The notes under the pieces: generated by a model
Told to the model about the DNA's origin: nothing
Database searches by the model: none
The model's input: the letters and a program-made list of their open reading frames with translations, nothing else
Assembly: GCA_943788175.1 (NCBI GenBank)
Contig: CALSPG010000011.1
Coordinates: 1 to 15,171 of the forward strand
Length of the DNA: 15,171 nt
Direction of reading: 5' to 3'
From: an uncultured bacterium
GTDB lineage: Bacteria > Fidelibacterota > Marinisomatia > Marinisomatales > UBA1611
Part shown: positions 1-8,212 of the stretch, one piece after another
How positions within the stretch are numbered: the stretch's first letter is position 1
Layout: every line of letters begins with the position of its first letter
Program-made: the position numbers and the translations under genes

Positions 1-33
1 GCAGATTATTTAACAGAATTTAAAAAAAGGTAA
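1..33 (+). CDS. 3' end of an upstream CDS (partial); possibly the PLP-dependent aminotransferase (AlaA-type) that often precedes hom in betaproteobacteria
   Basis: Frame 1 reads ADYLTEFKKR followed by TAA at 31-33, 8 nt before the hom ATG. The identity is guessed only from recalled synteny. Confidence 0.35.
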   Translation, partial: ADYLTEFKKR

Positions 34-41
34 AAATATAG

Positions 42-1346
42 ATGAACATAGGGTTAATTGGAATTGGTACCGTTGGTGGTGGAACATATCAAGTTTTAAA
101 AGAAAATGCAGAAGAAATATCGAATAAATCAGGCATAGAAATTAAAATTACCCACGTCGCCGACAAGAACCTAAAGCTTGCAAAAGAGACTGTAGATAAA
201 GAAACAATTATAGAGGAAGATGCATTCTCACTTATAGAGAACAGCAGTATTGATACAATTATAGAGTTAATTGGTGGAACGGGGATTGCACTAGATATTG
301 TTCGTAAAGCACTTGAAAATGGTAAGCATGTTGTGACAGCGAATAAAGCCTTAATTGCTATGCATGGCGAAGAGCTTTTCAAAATAGCTAATAAAAAAAA
401 TGTACTTCTTGCTTATGAAGCTGCTGTCGCAGGTGGAATACCAATCATTAAAGCGCTAAGAGAGGGATTGGCAGCAAATAAAGTTAATTGGGTTGCAGGT
501 ATTTTGAATGGAACTACAAACTATATCTTGACAGAAATGAAAGAAAATAATTTAACCTTCGATACCGCATTAAAGCAAGCACAAGATCTAGGTTTCGCAG
601 AGGCGGATCCTACATTCGATATCGAGGGGGTGGATGCAGCTCATAAGATCACAATTTTAGCTTCTATTGCATTTGGAATTCCTATAAATTTTGATGCTGT
701 GCACGTAGAAGGCATAAGCAACCTAAGCCAAAAAGATATCACTTATGCTGAGGAACTTGGTTACAAGATTAAACTTCTAGGTATCGCAAAATCACAGAAT
801 ACGGATGTTGAGATACGGGTGCATCCAACGCTGGTTCCTAAAAATAGATTGGTTGCCAATGTTGACGGCGCTATGAATGCGGTTCTGGTTCATGGAAATA
901 TGGTTGGACCGACACTCTATTATGGAGCAGGTGCAGGTGCAGAACCCACAGCAAGCGCAGTTGTTGCAGACGTAATTGATATTGCGAGACAAACAAAACT
1001 TTCACAAGATACACTCATTCCTTCACTTGGATTTATGCCAGATAAGATAAATGAAAAAAATGTTCTTTCTATTGAAAATATCTTTTCAGAATATTACCTT
1101 CGATTTACAATGAAAAATCAAGCAGGCTTGCTTGCCAAAATTACTAATATTTTTGCTGATCATGATATTTCTATAAATTCTATGGTGCATAAAGAAGTGC
1201 AAGAAAACAATCAAAATCCGGATATCTTCCTAATCACTTCTAAAACTAAAGAGGCAGACATAGATACCATCATTAGTGAAATTGAGCTTTTACCTGAGAA
1301 TATTGAAAAGGTTGTTAAAATTAGAACTGAAGAACTAAATAAGTAG
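42..1346 (+). CDS. hom: Homoserine dehydrogenase with C-terminal ACT domain
   Basis: N-terminal GIGTVGGG Rossmann motif; VVTANKAL, YEAAVAGGIP, GILNGTTNYIL, GFAEADPTFDIEGVDAAHK and GAGAGAEPTASAV motifs; ACT-like YYLRFTMKNQAGLLAKITNIF. Confidence 0.97.
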   Translation: MNIGLIGIGTVGGGTYQVLKENAEEISNKSGIEIKITHVADKNLKLAKETVDKETIIEEDAFSLIENSSIDTIIELIGGTGIALDIVRKALENGKHVVTANKALIAMHGEELFKIANKKNVLLAYEAAVAGGIPIIKALREGLAANKVNWVAGILNGTTNYILTEMKENNLTFDTALKQAQDLGFAEADPTFDIEGVDAAHKITILASIAFGIPINFDAVHVEGISNLSQKDITYAEELGYKIKLLGIAKSQNTDVEIRVHPTLVPKNRLVANVDGAMNAVLVHGNMVGPTLYYGAGAGAEPTASAVVADVIDIARQTKLSQDTLIPSLGFMPDKINEKNVLSIENIFSEYYLRFTMKNQAGLLAKITNIFADHDISINSMVHKEVQENNQNPDIFLITSKTKEADIDTIISEIELLPENIEKVVKIRTEELNK

Positions 1347-1349
1347 GAG
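1345..1349 (+). promoter_or_regulatory. Shine-Dalgarno for thrC, overlapping the hom stop codon
   Basis: AGGAG 5 nt upstream of the ATG at 1355. Confidence 0.75.
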
Positions 1350-1354
1350 CTTTA

Positions 1355-2779
1355 ATGAAGTACATATCAACAAGGGGAGAATCTCCCAAACTAAATTTTT
1401 CTGAGGTATTGCTTGGTGGTCTTGCACCTGATGGTGGATTATACCTTCCTGAGCATTACCCTAAATTTAAAGACGACGAGCTAAATGATATGCGAGATAT
1501 GTCTTATCAGGACTTAGCTTTTTATATTTTTGAAAAATTTATAGATGATATACCTTCGAATGATCTCAGGGAGATTGTTAATAAGACCTATAGCGCTGAA
1601 ATATTTTCTTATGCACGAGAAGAGCAAAAGGCAGTGGACATTACACCTACCTTACAATTAAAAAATAACTTATTTTTACTCTCATTATCGAATGGGCCTA
1701 CATTAGCATTTAAAGATATTGCGATGCAATTTTTGGGCCATATCTTCGAATACGTTTTAGAGAAGCAAGGGAAAACCCTAAACATACTTGGGGCAACCTC
1801 AGGGGACACGGGCCCAGCGGCAGAATATGCCATGAAAGGTAAAAAGGGGATTAAAGTATTTATGTTATCTCCGCATGGAACAATGAGTCCATTTCAGTCA
1901 GCACAAATGTATAGCCTGCAAGATACAAATATTTTTAACATAGCGATTAAAGGTGTTTTTGATGATTGCCAAGATATCGTAAAGGCTGTCTCAAATGACC
2001 TTGAATTCAAAAATTTAAATAAGATCGGTGCAGTGAACTCAATAAACTGGGGGCGCATTCTCGCTCAAATTGTTTATTATTTTAAGGGTTACTTTGACGT
2101 GACCAGTAAAAACAGTGAAAAAGTTGATTTTACTGTCCCAACAGGCAACTTTGGAAATATTTGTGCAGGGCACATTGCAAGAATGATGGGTTTACCAATC
2201 AATCATTTAGTTGTTGCTACCAATGAAAATGATGTTTTAGATGAATTTTTTAACACAGGACATTATGCTCCTAGATCTTCTGATGACACCTTTCAAACAT
2301 CAAGCCCATCTATGGACATTTCAAAAGCCTCAAATTTTGAGCGTTTTATTTTCGATTTATTTGGCCGAGACTCCAACACTTTGAATGCTCACTGGAAGAA
2401 GATTGACGGAGGAAAATCATTTAAATTAAAAGAAGAAGACTTTCAGAAAATTAAAGACTATGGCTTTGTGTCTTCCTCAAGTAAACATATCAATAGAATA
2501 GATTTTATTAGAAATATATATAACGATTATGGAGTGATAATTGACACACATACAGCCGATGGAGTTAAGGCAGCAATGGATCACTCAGTGCCAATCTATC
2601 CAATGATTGTTTTGGAGACTGCGCTTCCTGTTAAGTTTGAAAAATCAGTCTTTGAGGCGATTGGAGTTTACCCAAAGAGACCGGACACCCTTAAAGATTT
2701 AGAATTACTCGATCAAAGGTATGAGGTTTTTGAAAATAGCGTTGAGTCAGTAAAGAAATGCATTACCGATAATAGCTAG
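1355..2779 (+). CDS. thrC: Threonine synthase
   Basis: [25 protein letters not shown] (PLP lysine), [24 protein letters not shown] and [14 protein letters not shown] motifs; directly follows hom. Confidence 0.97.
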   Translation: MKYISTRGESPKLNFSEVLLGGLAPDGGLYLPEHYPKFKDDELNDMRDMSYQDLAFYIFEKFIDDIPSNDLREIVNKTYSAEIFSYAREEQKAVDITPTLQLKNNLFLLSLSNGPTLAFKDIAMQFLGHIFEYVLEKQGKTLNILGATSGDTGPAAEYAMKGKKGIKVFMLSPHGTMSPFQSAQMYSLQDTNIFNIAIKGVFDDCQDIVKAVSNDLEFKNLNKIGAVNSINWGRILAQIVYYFKGYFDVTSKNSEKVDFTVPTGNFGNICAGHIARMMGLPINHLVVATNENDVLDEFFNTGHYAPRSSDDTFQTSSPSMDISKASNFERFIFDLFGRDSNTLNAHWKKIDGGKSFKLKEEDFQKIKDYGFVSSSSKHINRIDFIRNIYNDYGVIIDTHTADGVKAAMDHSVPIYPMIVLETALPVKFEKSVFEAIGVYPKRPDTLKDLELLDQRYEVFENSVESVKKCITDNS

Positions 2780-2780
2780 T

Positions 2781-3575
2781 ATGAATCAATACCTCACGCT
2801 GCTAGAACATGTAAAACAAAATGGGCAAAAAAAAGAGGATCGGACTGGAACAGGGACGATGTCAGTTTTTGGTTACCAGATGCGTTTTAATTTAAATGAA
2901 GGCTTCCCCTTACTGACAACAAAGAAAGTACATTTAAAATCAGTAATTTATGAACTTTTATGGTTTTTATCAGGCGATACAAATATTAAATTTTTGAAGG
3001 ATAATGGCGTATCTATCTGGGATGAGTGGGCAGACGAAAATGGTAATCTAGGTCCAGTATATGGTCATCAGTGGAGAAGTTGGCCCACCTCAGAAGGTAG
3101 GGAAATTGATCAAATATCTAATCTTATTAATCAAATTAAAAAAACTCCTGATTCGAGAAGGTTAATTGTTTCAGCATGGAACGTTGGCGAAATTAATAAG
3201 ATGAAATTACCACCATGCCATTGTTTCTTTCAATTTTATGTCGCGGATGGCAGACTTTCTTGCCAACTTTATCAAAGGAGCGCAGATATATTTCTTGGTG
3301 TCCCCTTTAATATTGCATCCTATGCACTCCTTACGCAAATGATAGCGCATGTATGTGACTTGGAATGTGGGGAATTTATTCATACCTTAGGCGATGCTCA
3401 TATATATACCAATCATATTGATCAGGTAAATGAACAGTTAGGTCGAAAACCTAAAAAACTTCCTCAAATAAAAATTAACCCATCAGTTAAGAATATTTTT
3501 GATTTTAAATATGAAGACTTTAGTTTGGAAGGTTATGATCCATACCCTCTTATTAAGGCGCCTGTCGCAGTCTAG
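2781..3575 (+). CDS. thyA: Thymidylate synthase
   Basis: 264 aa; [39 protein letters not shown] (catalytic Cys), [18 protein letters not shown] and C-terminal APVAV. Confidence 0.98.
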   Translation: MNQYLTLLEHVKQNGQKKEDRTGTGTMSVFGYQMRFNLNEGFPLLTTKKVHLKSVIYELLWFLSGDTNIKFLKDNGVSIWDEWADENGNLGPVYGHQWRSWPTSEGREIDQISNLINQIKKTPDSRRLIVSAWNVGEINKMKLPPCHCFFQFYVADGRLSCQLYQRSADIFLGVPFNIASYALLTQMIAHVCDLECGEFIHTLGDAHIYTNHIDQVNEQLGRKPKKLPQIKINPSVKNIFDFKYEDFSLEGYDPYPLIKAPVAV

Positions 3576-3577
3576 TG

Positions 3578-4060
3578 ATGAAGATTTCTATTGTCGTTGC
3601 AGCATCAGAAAATCTAGTCATCGGTTATAAAAATGCTCTCCCTTGGCATATATCTGAGGATCTCAAACACTTCAAGCAAATTACAATAAATCATAGTGTG
3701 GTTATGGGTAGAAAAACCTTTGAATCAATCGGAAAACCACTGAAAGAGAGAAGAAATATTGTTATAAGTAGAGACGGAACGCTCAAGATTGAAGGAGCCG
3801 AGGTTGTGAATTCATTAGATGAAGCAATTCATCGAACAAAAAATGAAAATGAGATTTTTATAATCGGAGGTGAGCAGATTTATAAAATAGCTATGCCTAT
3901 CGCTACACATATGCATGTTACGAAAGTCTATAACAATATAAAAGGGGATGCATTTTTTCCAGCTTTTGATGAAAATGAATGGAAAATATTAACTCAAAAA
4001 GATTCAGAGACAAATGAGGGATTAAAGTTTTCTTTTATAGAATATCAGAAAATAGTTTGA
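3578..4060 (+). CDS. folA: Dihydrofolate reductase (alternative GTG start at 3575 overlaps the thyA stop)
   Basis: IVVAASENLVIG, LPWHISEDLKHFK, VMGRKTFESIG, PLKERRNIVISR, IIGGEQIY and GDAFFP motifs; follows thyA through a TAGTGATG junction. Confidence 0.95.
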   Translation: MKISIVVAASENLVIGYKNALPWHISEDLKHFKQITINHSVVMGRKTFESIGKPLKERRNIVISRDGTLKIEGAEVVNSLDEAIHRTKNENEIFIIGGEQIYKIAMPIATHMHVTKVYNNIKGDAFFPAFDENEWKILTQKDSETNEGLKFSFIEYQKIV

Positions 4061-4062
4061 GA

Positions 4063-4422
4063 TTAAGCCTGCCTTGTTAAATAAGTGACTTTTATTTGTT
4101 TAGGTGAGAAATACTGTGTAACAACTTCCTTAACTTTTTCAATATCAAAAGACTTGCAGCTGAATATATCAATATAACTATCTCCGTTCAAGTCAACAAA
4201 GTGCCCTGTGATAGAAGACGTTTCAATTAATTGAACTAAGCTAAATCCGGCAGCATTAGGGTTGTCGGCTGCAAAATGTTCTATTTTTGGTTCACCACAG
4301 GCTACCATTTCTATCTTGCTTACTAATGCCCTTACAAATTGATCAATATTTTTTGATGACCTTACTTTGTCTAAATCACCACCCTTACAATCTAATATCA
4401 GATGATATCCCCAGTATTCCAA
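4063..4422 (-). CDS. S-adenosylmethionine decarboxylase (class 1B SpeD/SpeH)-like pyruvoyl-dependent decarboxylase proenzyme; substrate uncertain
   Basis: G-x-HLILD N-terminus, GFSLVQLIET|SSITGH and YIDIFSC motifs. Ser61, Ser69, His74 and Cys89 have the same spacing as T. maritima AdoMetDC Ser55/Ser63/His68/Cys83. TTG start with AGGAG (4438-4434) upstream. Confidence 0.85.
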   Translation of the reverse strand: MEYWGYHLILDCKGGDLDKVRSSKNIDQFVRALVSKIEMVACGEPKIEHFAADNPNAAGFSLVQLIETSSITGHFVDLNGDSYIDIFSCKSFDIEKVKEVVTQYFSPKQIKVTYLTRQA

Positions 4423-4452
4423 TTTAACTATTTCTCCTAAGTTATGTATTTT

Positions 4453-5019
4453 TTAAATCTTTGGTAAGGTAACTCCACTTTGACCCTGATATTTTCCACC
4501 TCTGTCTTTGTATGATGTTTCGCATACCTCATCAGATTCAAAAAATAAAACCTGAGCACAACCCTCTCCAGCATAAATTTTTGCAGGTAGAGGTGTGGTG
4601 TTACTAAACTCCAGCGTTACATATCCCTCCCATTCTGGTTCAAAAGGCGTAACGTTTACGATAATTCCACATCTTGCATATGTTGACTTACCTACGCATA
4701 TTGTAAGAATATTTCTAGGAATTTTAAAAAATTCAACCGTCCTCGCAAGTGCAAATGAATTTGGAGGAATAATACAATGGTCACCATTAAACTCAACAAA
4801 TGAATTTGGATCAAAAGATTTTGGGTCAACTATCGTGCTATTGATATTTGTGAATACTCTAAACTCAGGTGCACATCGAATATCATAGCCATAACTTGAT
4901 GTCCCATAGGATACAATTTTTTGCCCATCCAAATCTCTCACCATTTTGGGTTCGAATGGACTGATCATATCTTTTTCCTCAGCCATTTTACGAATCCATT
5001 TATCAGACTTAATTGCCAT
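4453..5019 (-). CDS. dcd: dCTP deaminase
   Basis: [47 protein letters not shown] and [11 protein letters not shown] motifs; 188 aa; TAGGAG SD before the ATG. Confidence 0.97.
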   Translation of the reverse strand: MAIKSDKWIRKMAEEKDMISPFEPKMVRDLDGQKIVSYGTSSYGYDIRCAPEFRVFTNINSTIVDPKSFDPNSFVEFNGDHCIIPPNSFALARTVEFFKIPRNILTICVGKSTYARCGIIVNVTPFEPEWEGYVTLEFSNTTPLPAKIYAGEGCAQVLFFESDEVCETSYKDRGGKYQGQSGVTLPKI

Positions 5020-5069
5020 GTTTTCTCCTAAAAACTTATACGTAAATAGTGTATGTGAAAGTTAAAATT

Positions 5070-6488
5070 TTATTTTTTCCAAAATTGACCCTCATCCTCA
5101 AAAATAACTTTTGATTCTTCTGGATCAAATTCTCCAGGTTGGTATTGCGTAGGTTTAGATTTATCTTTACTCCAATAGTCAATAATTGGATCAACAAGCT
5201 TCCATGCAGCTTTTACCTCATCAATATGCAGAAATTTTGATTGGTCTCCACTTAACAGATCCAGCATCAATGTTTCATAAGCATCTATGGTTTCATCTCC
5301 TTCAATACGATTATTTCCCCTGAGCACAGTCTGTCTAAATTCATTCATATCAAGACCAGGTTGAAGGGTAGTTATCTCAAATGAAGTGCTTTCATTCGGT
5401 TGAATATTGATAGTTAACCAGTTCTCGTGATCTTTAAATTTAATAGAAATTGAAGTTGAGTTTTCATATAGTCTTTTTGCCGTCCTAAGATAAATAGGGA
5501 CCTTATTCCATCTTGAATTATTAATAAATAATTTAATGGCTGCATATGTTTCCACAACGCTATCTGGTTTTTCTACCTCTTCTAAATAACCTTTTACTGT
5601 TTCACCATTTAATTCGCCTGCTGCATATTGACCACGAAAAGCAAAATTTTCAATTTCATCTAATGGAATAGCCTCAATAGATTCTAGTAGTTTTATTTTT
5701 TCAAGTCTTACATCTTCTGGGCTCATTGAATTTGGCTTTTCCATAGTTACGAGTGCTAACATTTGCAGTAGATGACTTTGTATCATATCTCTAAGTGCGC
5801 CCGTTGCTTCATAAAAAACTGTTCGATCACCTACACCGAGCGTCTCATGGTTGGTGATTTGAATTTGTTCAATATGCTCACTGGACCAAAGTGGCTCCAA
5901 TACCCCATTTTTAAAACGGGTGGTCATAATATTTTGCAGTGAAAATTTTCCTAAGTAATGATCTATCCTATATATTTGATCTTCCTTAAGATGCTCTTCA
6001 ATCGAGGTTTGAAGTTCGATCGCACTTTTAAGGCATGTACCAAATGGCTTTTCAATTAAAACTCTTCTCCAATATTCTGACTCGTTGAGCAAATCAACTT
6101 CGGATAACTGTTTTACGATGAGAGCAAAATCTGAGGGCCTTACAGATAAGAAGAACGCTAAATTTTGGGGGAAAACATCTTTGTCTCCTAATCTTTTTGC
6201 AAACTTAATAAATGCCTCTGGGTCATCTGGTAGGTTGGCATGATAATAATTTCTTTTTATAAATCGCTCATAAACATTTTCATCATAAGACTTAAATTTT
6301 TCATCAAGCATCTGTTTGATATTGGAGTGCCATTCACTTTCATCGACCTCTTGCCTTCCTACAGATAATATTTTCATATTTTTAGGGAGTTTACCTGCTT
6401 TATCAAGATGAAAAAGACCCGGTATCAATTTTACTTTAGCTAAGTTACCTCTAGCACCAAATAAAACAAGCGTAGAATTGTCTATCAT
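5070..6488 (-). CDS. zwf: Glucose-6-phosphate 1-dehydrogenase
   Basis: FGARGNLA dinucleotide-binding motif, EKPFG, YRIDHYLGK, GALRDMIQSHLLQ, ETYAA and RWNKVPIYLRT; adjacent to gnd. Confidence 0.95.
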   Translation of the reverse strand: MIDNSTLVLFGARGNLAKVKLIPGLFHLDKAGKLPKNMKILSVGRQEVDESEWHSNIKQMLDEKFKSYDENVYERFIKRNYYHANLPDDPEAFIKFAKRLGDKDVFPQNLAFFLSVRPSDFALIVKQLSEVDLLNESEYWRRVLIEKPFGTCLKSAIELQTSIEEHLKEDQIYRIDHYLGKFSLQNIMTTRFKNGVLEPLWSSEHIEQIQITNHETLGVGDRTVFYEATGALRDMIQSHLLQMLALVTMEKPNSMSPEDVRLEKIKLLESIEAIPLDEIENFAFRGQYAAGELNGETVKGYLEEVEKPDSVVETYAAIKLFINNSRWNKVPIYLRTAKRLYENSTSISIKFKDHENWLTINIQPNESTSFEITTLQPGLDMNEFRQTVLRGNNRIEGDETIDAYETLMLDLLSGDQSKFLHIDEVKAAWKLVDPIIDYWSKDKSKPTQYQPGEFDPEESKVIFEDEGQFWKK

Positions 6489-6495
6489 CTCTAAA

Positions 6496-7410
6496 TTAAC
6501 CCCTTTTTTTCATTATATGACCACCAAATGCATTTCGCATAATAGAGAGTATTTTATAGCCGTAACCTTTTGATTTTTCCTGACTTCTAAATCTTACTTG
6601 AAGCGCCTGTGTGAGAACTGGAGCAGGTATTCCTTGTTCAATAGCTTCCACTGCTGTCCATCTGCCTTCACCAGAATCCGCAACGAATGGAGCAATTTCC
6701 TCTAAGTTTTGATCACTTTGTAGTGCTTCAGCTGTTAAATCTAAAAGCCAACTACGTACAACTGAACCGTGTCGCCAAAGCTCTGTTACTTTAGCAATAT
6801 CGATTGCAAACTCTTCTCTACCTTTAAGAAGCTCAAGTCCTTCAGCAAATGACTCCATCATTCCATACTCGATACCATTGTGAATCATCTTTGTAAAATG
6901 ACCTGACCCAACAGGTCCGACATGTAACCACCCATTTTGTGGCGTTGGAGCTAATGCTCTTAAGACAGGCTCTACAGATTTAGCAACCTCTAAAGAAGCA
7001 CCGACCATTAGGCAATACCCATTATCTAAACCCCAGACACCACCTGAAGTACCACAGTCCATAAAGCCAATATTATATTCCTCCAGCATCCTGCCCATTT
7101 TGATACTTTGTTTAAAGTTTGAATTTCCACCATCAACTATCACGTCACCTTCACTAAGAAGGGGAATAAGGTCTGCAATTTGTTTTTTTGTAATTTCACC
7201 AGCTGGCAACATCATCCAGACTATTTTTTGGCCCTCGAGCTTCGATAGCGCATCCTTAACTGACGATGATGGTATTAAGCTCTCATCAACCTCTAATTTT
7301 TTAATTATTTCTGGGTTATTGTCATAACCTACGACTGAAATACCATTTCTGATAAGTCTTGCCGACATATTTCCACCCATTTTCCCAAGCCCAAGCATTG
7401 CAATTTTCAT
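6496..7410 (-). CDS. gnd: 6-phosphogluconate dehydrogenase, decarboxylating, short (about 300 aa, YqeC/GntZ-like) type
   Basis: GLGKMG, WMMLPAG, VDGGNS, DCGTSGGVWG, GHFTKMIHNGIEYGMM, VADSGEGRWT and MRNAFGGH motifs. Confidence 0.95.
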   Translation of the reverse strand: MKIAMLGLGKMGGNMSARLIRNGISVVGYDNNPEIIKKLEVDESLIPSSSVKDALSKLEGQKIVWMMLPAGEITKKQIADLIPLLSEGDVIVDGGNSNFKQSIKMGRMLEEYNIGFMDCGTSGGVWGLDNGYCLMVGASLEVAKSVEPVLRALAPTPQNGWLHVGPVGSGHFTKMIHNGIEYGMMESFAEGLELLKGREEFAIDIAKVTELWRHGSVVRSWLLDLTAEALQSDQNLEEIAPFVADSGEGRWTAVEAIEQGIPAPVLTQALQVRFRSQEKSKGYGYKILSIMRNAFGGHIMKKRG

Positions 7411-7534
7411 TTTTTTCCCTTTGATGTAGGTTTATAATTTGTTAATCTTTTGGATTAATTTTTTTCTTTCAGAAAGATTGGCATTATACTCCAATCCTTT
7501 CAAAAGATAGTTTTGAATTTAACTAAGGAAATCT
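7411..7534. promoter_or_regulatory. Divergent promoter region for gnd-zwf and pgl
   Basis: 124-bp spacer between divergent starts. TATAAT on the - strand (7488-7483) overlaps TATACT on the + strand (7485-7490). AAGGA SD for pgl at 7525-7529. No clear -35 hexamers. Confidence 0.55.
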
Positions 7535-8212
7535 ATGTCTGTGAATGAAAATGATTGGCTTTTATGCTCAAGTCCAGAAGATTTTGAGCTTAAAGCGACA
7601 GAAATGATTGCAAATTATGCGAATGATGCCATTAGAACTAAAGGTCATTTTTCTCTTGTTTTAGCAGGGGGAAATACTCCAAAAAAAATTTATGAATCCT
7701 TATCAAAAAAAGATTGTGATTGGGGTAATTGGCATATTTATTTTGGAGATGAAAGATGCCTGCCTTCTAACGATAAAGATAGAAACAGTTTAATGGCAGA
7801 AAAAAGCTTTTTTTCAAAAGTCTCTATTCCAAAGAACCAAATCAATATTGTTCCTGCTGAACTCGGAATGAATGAAGGGGCTGAGGCCTATAACAAAAAA
7901 TTAAATTCAGATATGGTATTTGATCTTGTGCTCCTTGGATTAGGAGAGGATGCGCATACAGCAAGCATCTTTCCTAATTCTAAATTTGATGAAAATAAAC
8001 AAGCCGTCCCAATATCAAATGCTCCAAAACCACCAGAAAATAGAATTTCATTAACTCCACACAGACTAAGTATGGCAAATTTTGTAATTTTTTTAGTGAC
8101 GGGCAAAGACAAAAAAAATGCACTAGATAAATTTAAAAGTGCTGAAAATATCCCAGCCTCAAGGATCTCAGCGATTAAAAAATTAACTGTTTTAATTTCG
8201 GACGTTAACTAA
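7535..8212 (+). CDS. pgl: 6-phosphogluconolactonase
   Basis: LAGGNTP, YFGDERC, DRNS, FDLVLLGLGEDAHTASIFP, APKPPENRISLT and FLVTGKDK motifs. Confidence 0.95.
   Translation: MSVNENDWLLCSSPEDFELKATEMIANYANDAIRTKGHFSLVLAGGNTPKKIYESLSKKDCDWGNWHIYFGDERCLPSNDKDRNSLMAEKSFFSKVSIPKNQINIVPAELGMNEGAEAYNKKLNSDMVFDLVLLGLGEDAHTASIFPNSKFDENKQAVPISNAPKPPENRISLTPHRLSMANFVIFLVTGKDKKNALDKFKSAENIPASRISAIKKLTVLISDVN

Noticed and set aside
1346-1355. No thrB between hom and thrC
   Set aside because: hom-thrC with homoserine kinase encoded elsewhere is a common arrangement in beta- and some gammaproteobacteria.
1814-1816. Pro154 in the ThrC ATSGDTGP motif, where Ser or Ala is more usual
   Set aside because: This position varies among threonine synthases and the rest of the protein is intact. 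It is not evidence of inactivation, though a single-base variant or error cannot be excluded.
3578-4060. DHFR as a mobile trimethoprim-resistance dfr cassette
   Set aside because: It sits in the normal thyA-folA context with no attC site, integrase or IS, and its composition matches the neighbours.
2781-5019. thyA/folA/dcd/speD-like cluster as prophage auxiliary genes
   Set aside because: There are no phage structural or integrase genes, and thyA, folA and dcd look like ordinary cellular orthologues embedded among housekeeping genes.
5020-5069. Weak stem (AACTT..ATAC/GTAT..AAGTT) between zwf and dcd as a terminator
   Set aside because: The stem is short, interrupted and AU-rich, so it cannot be distinguished from chance.
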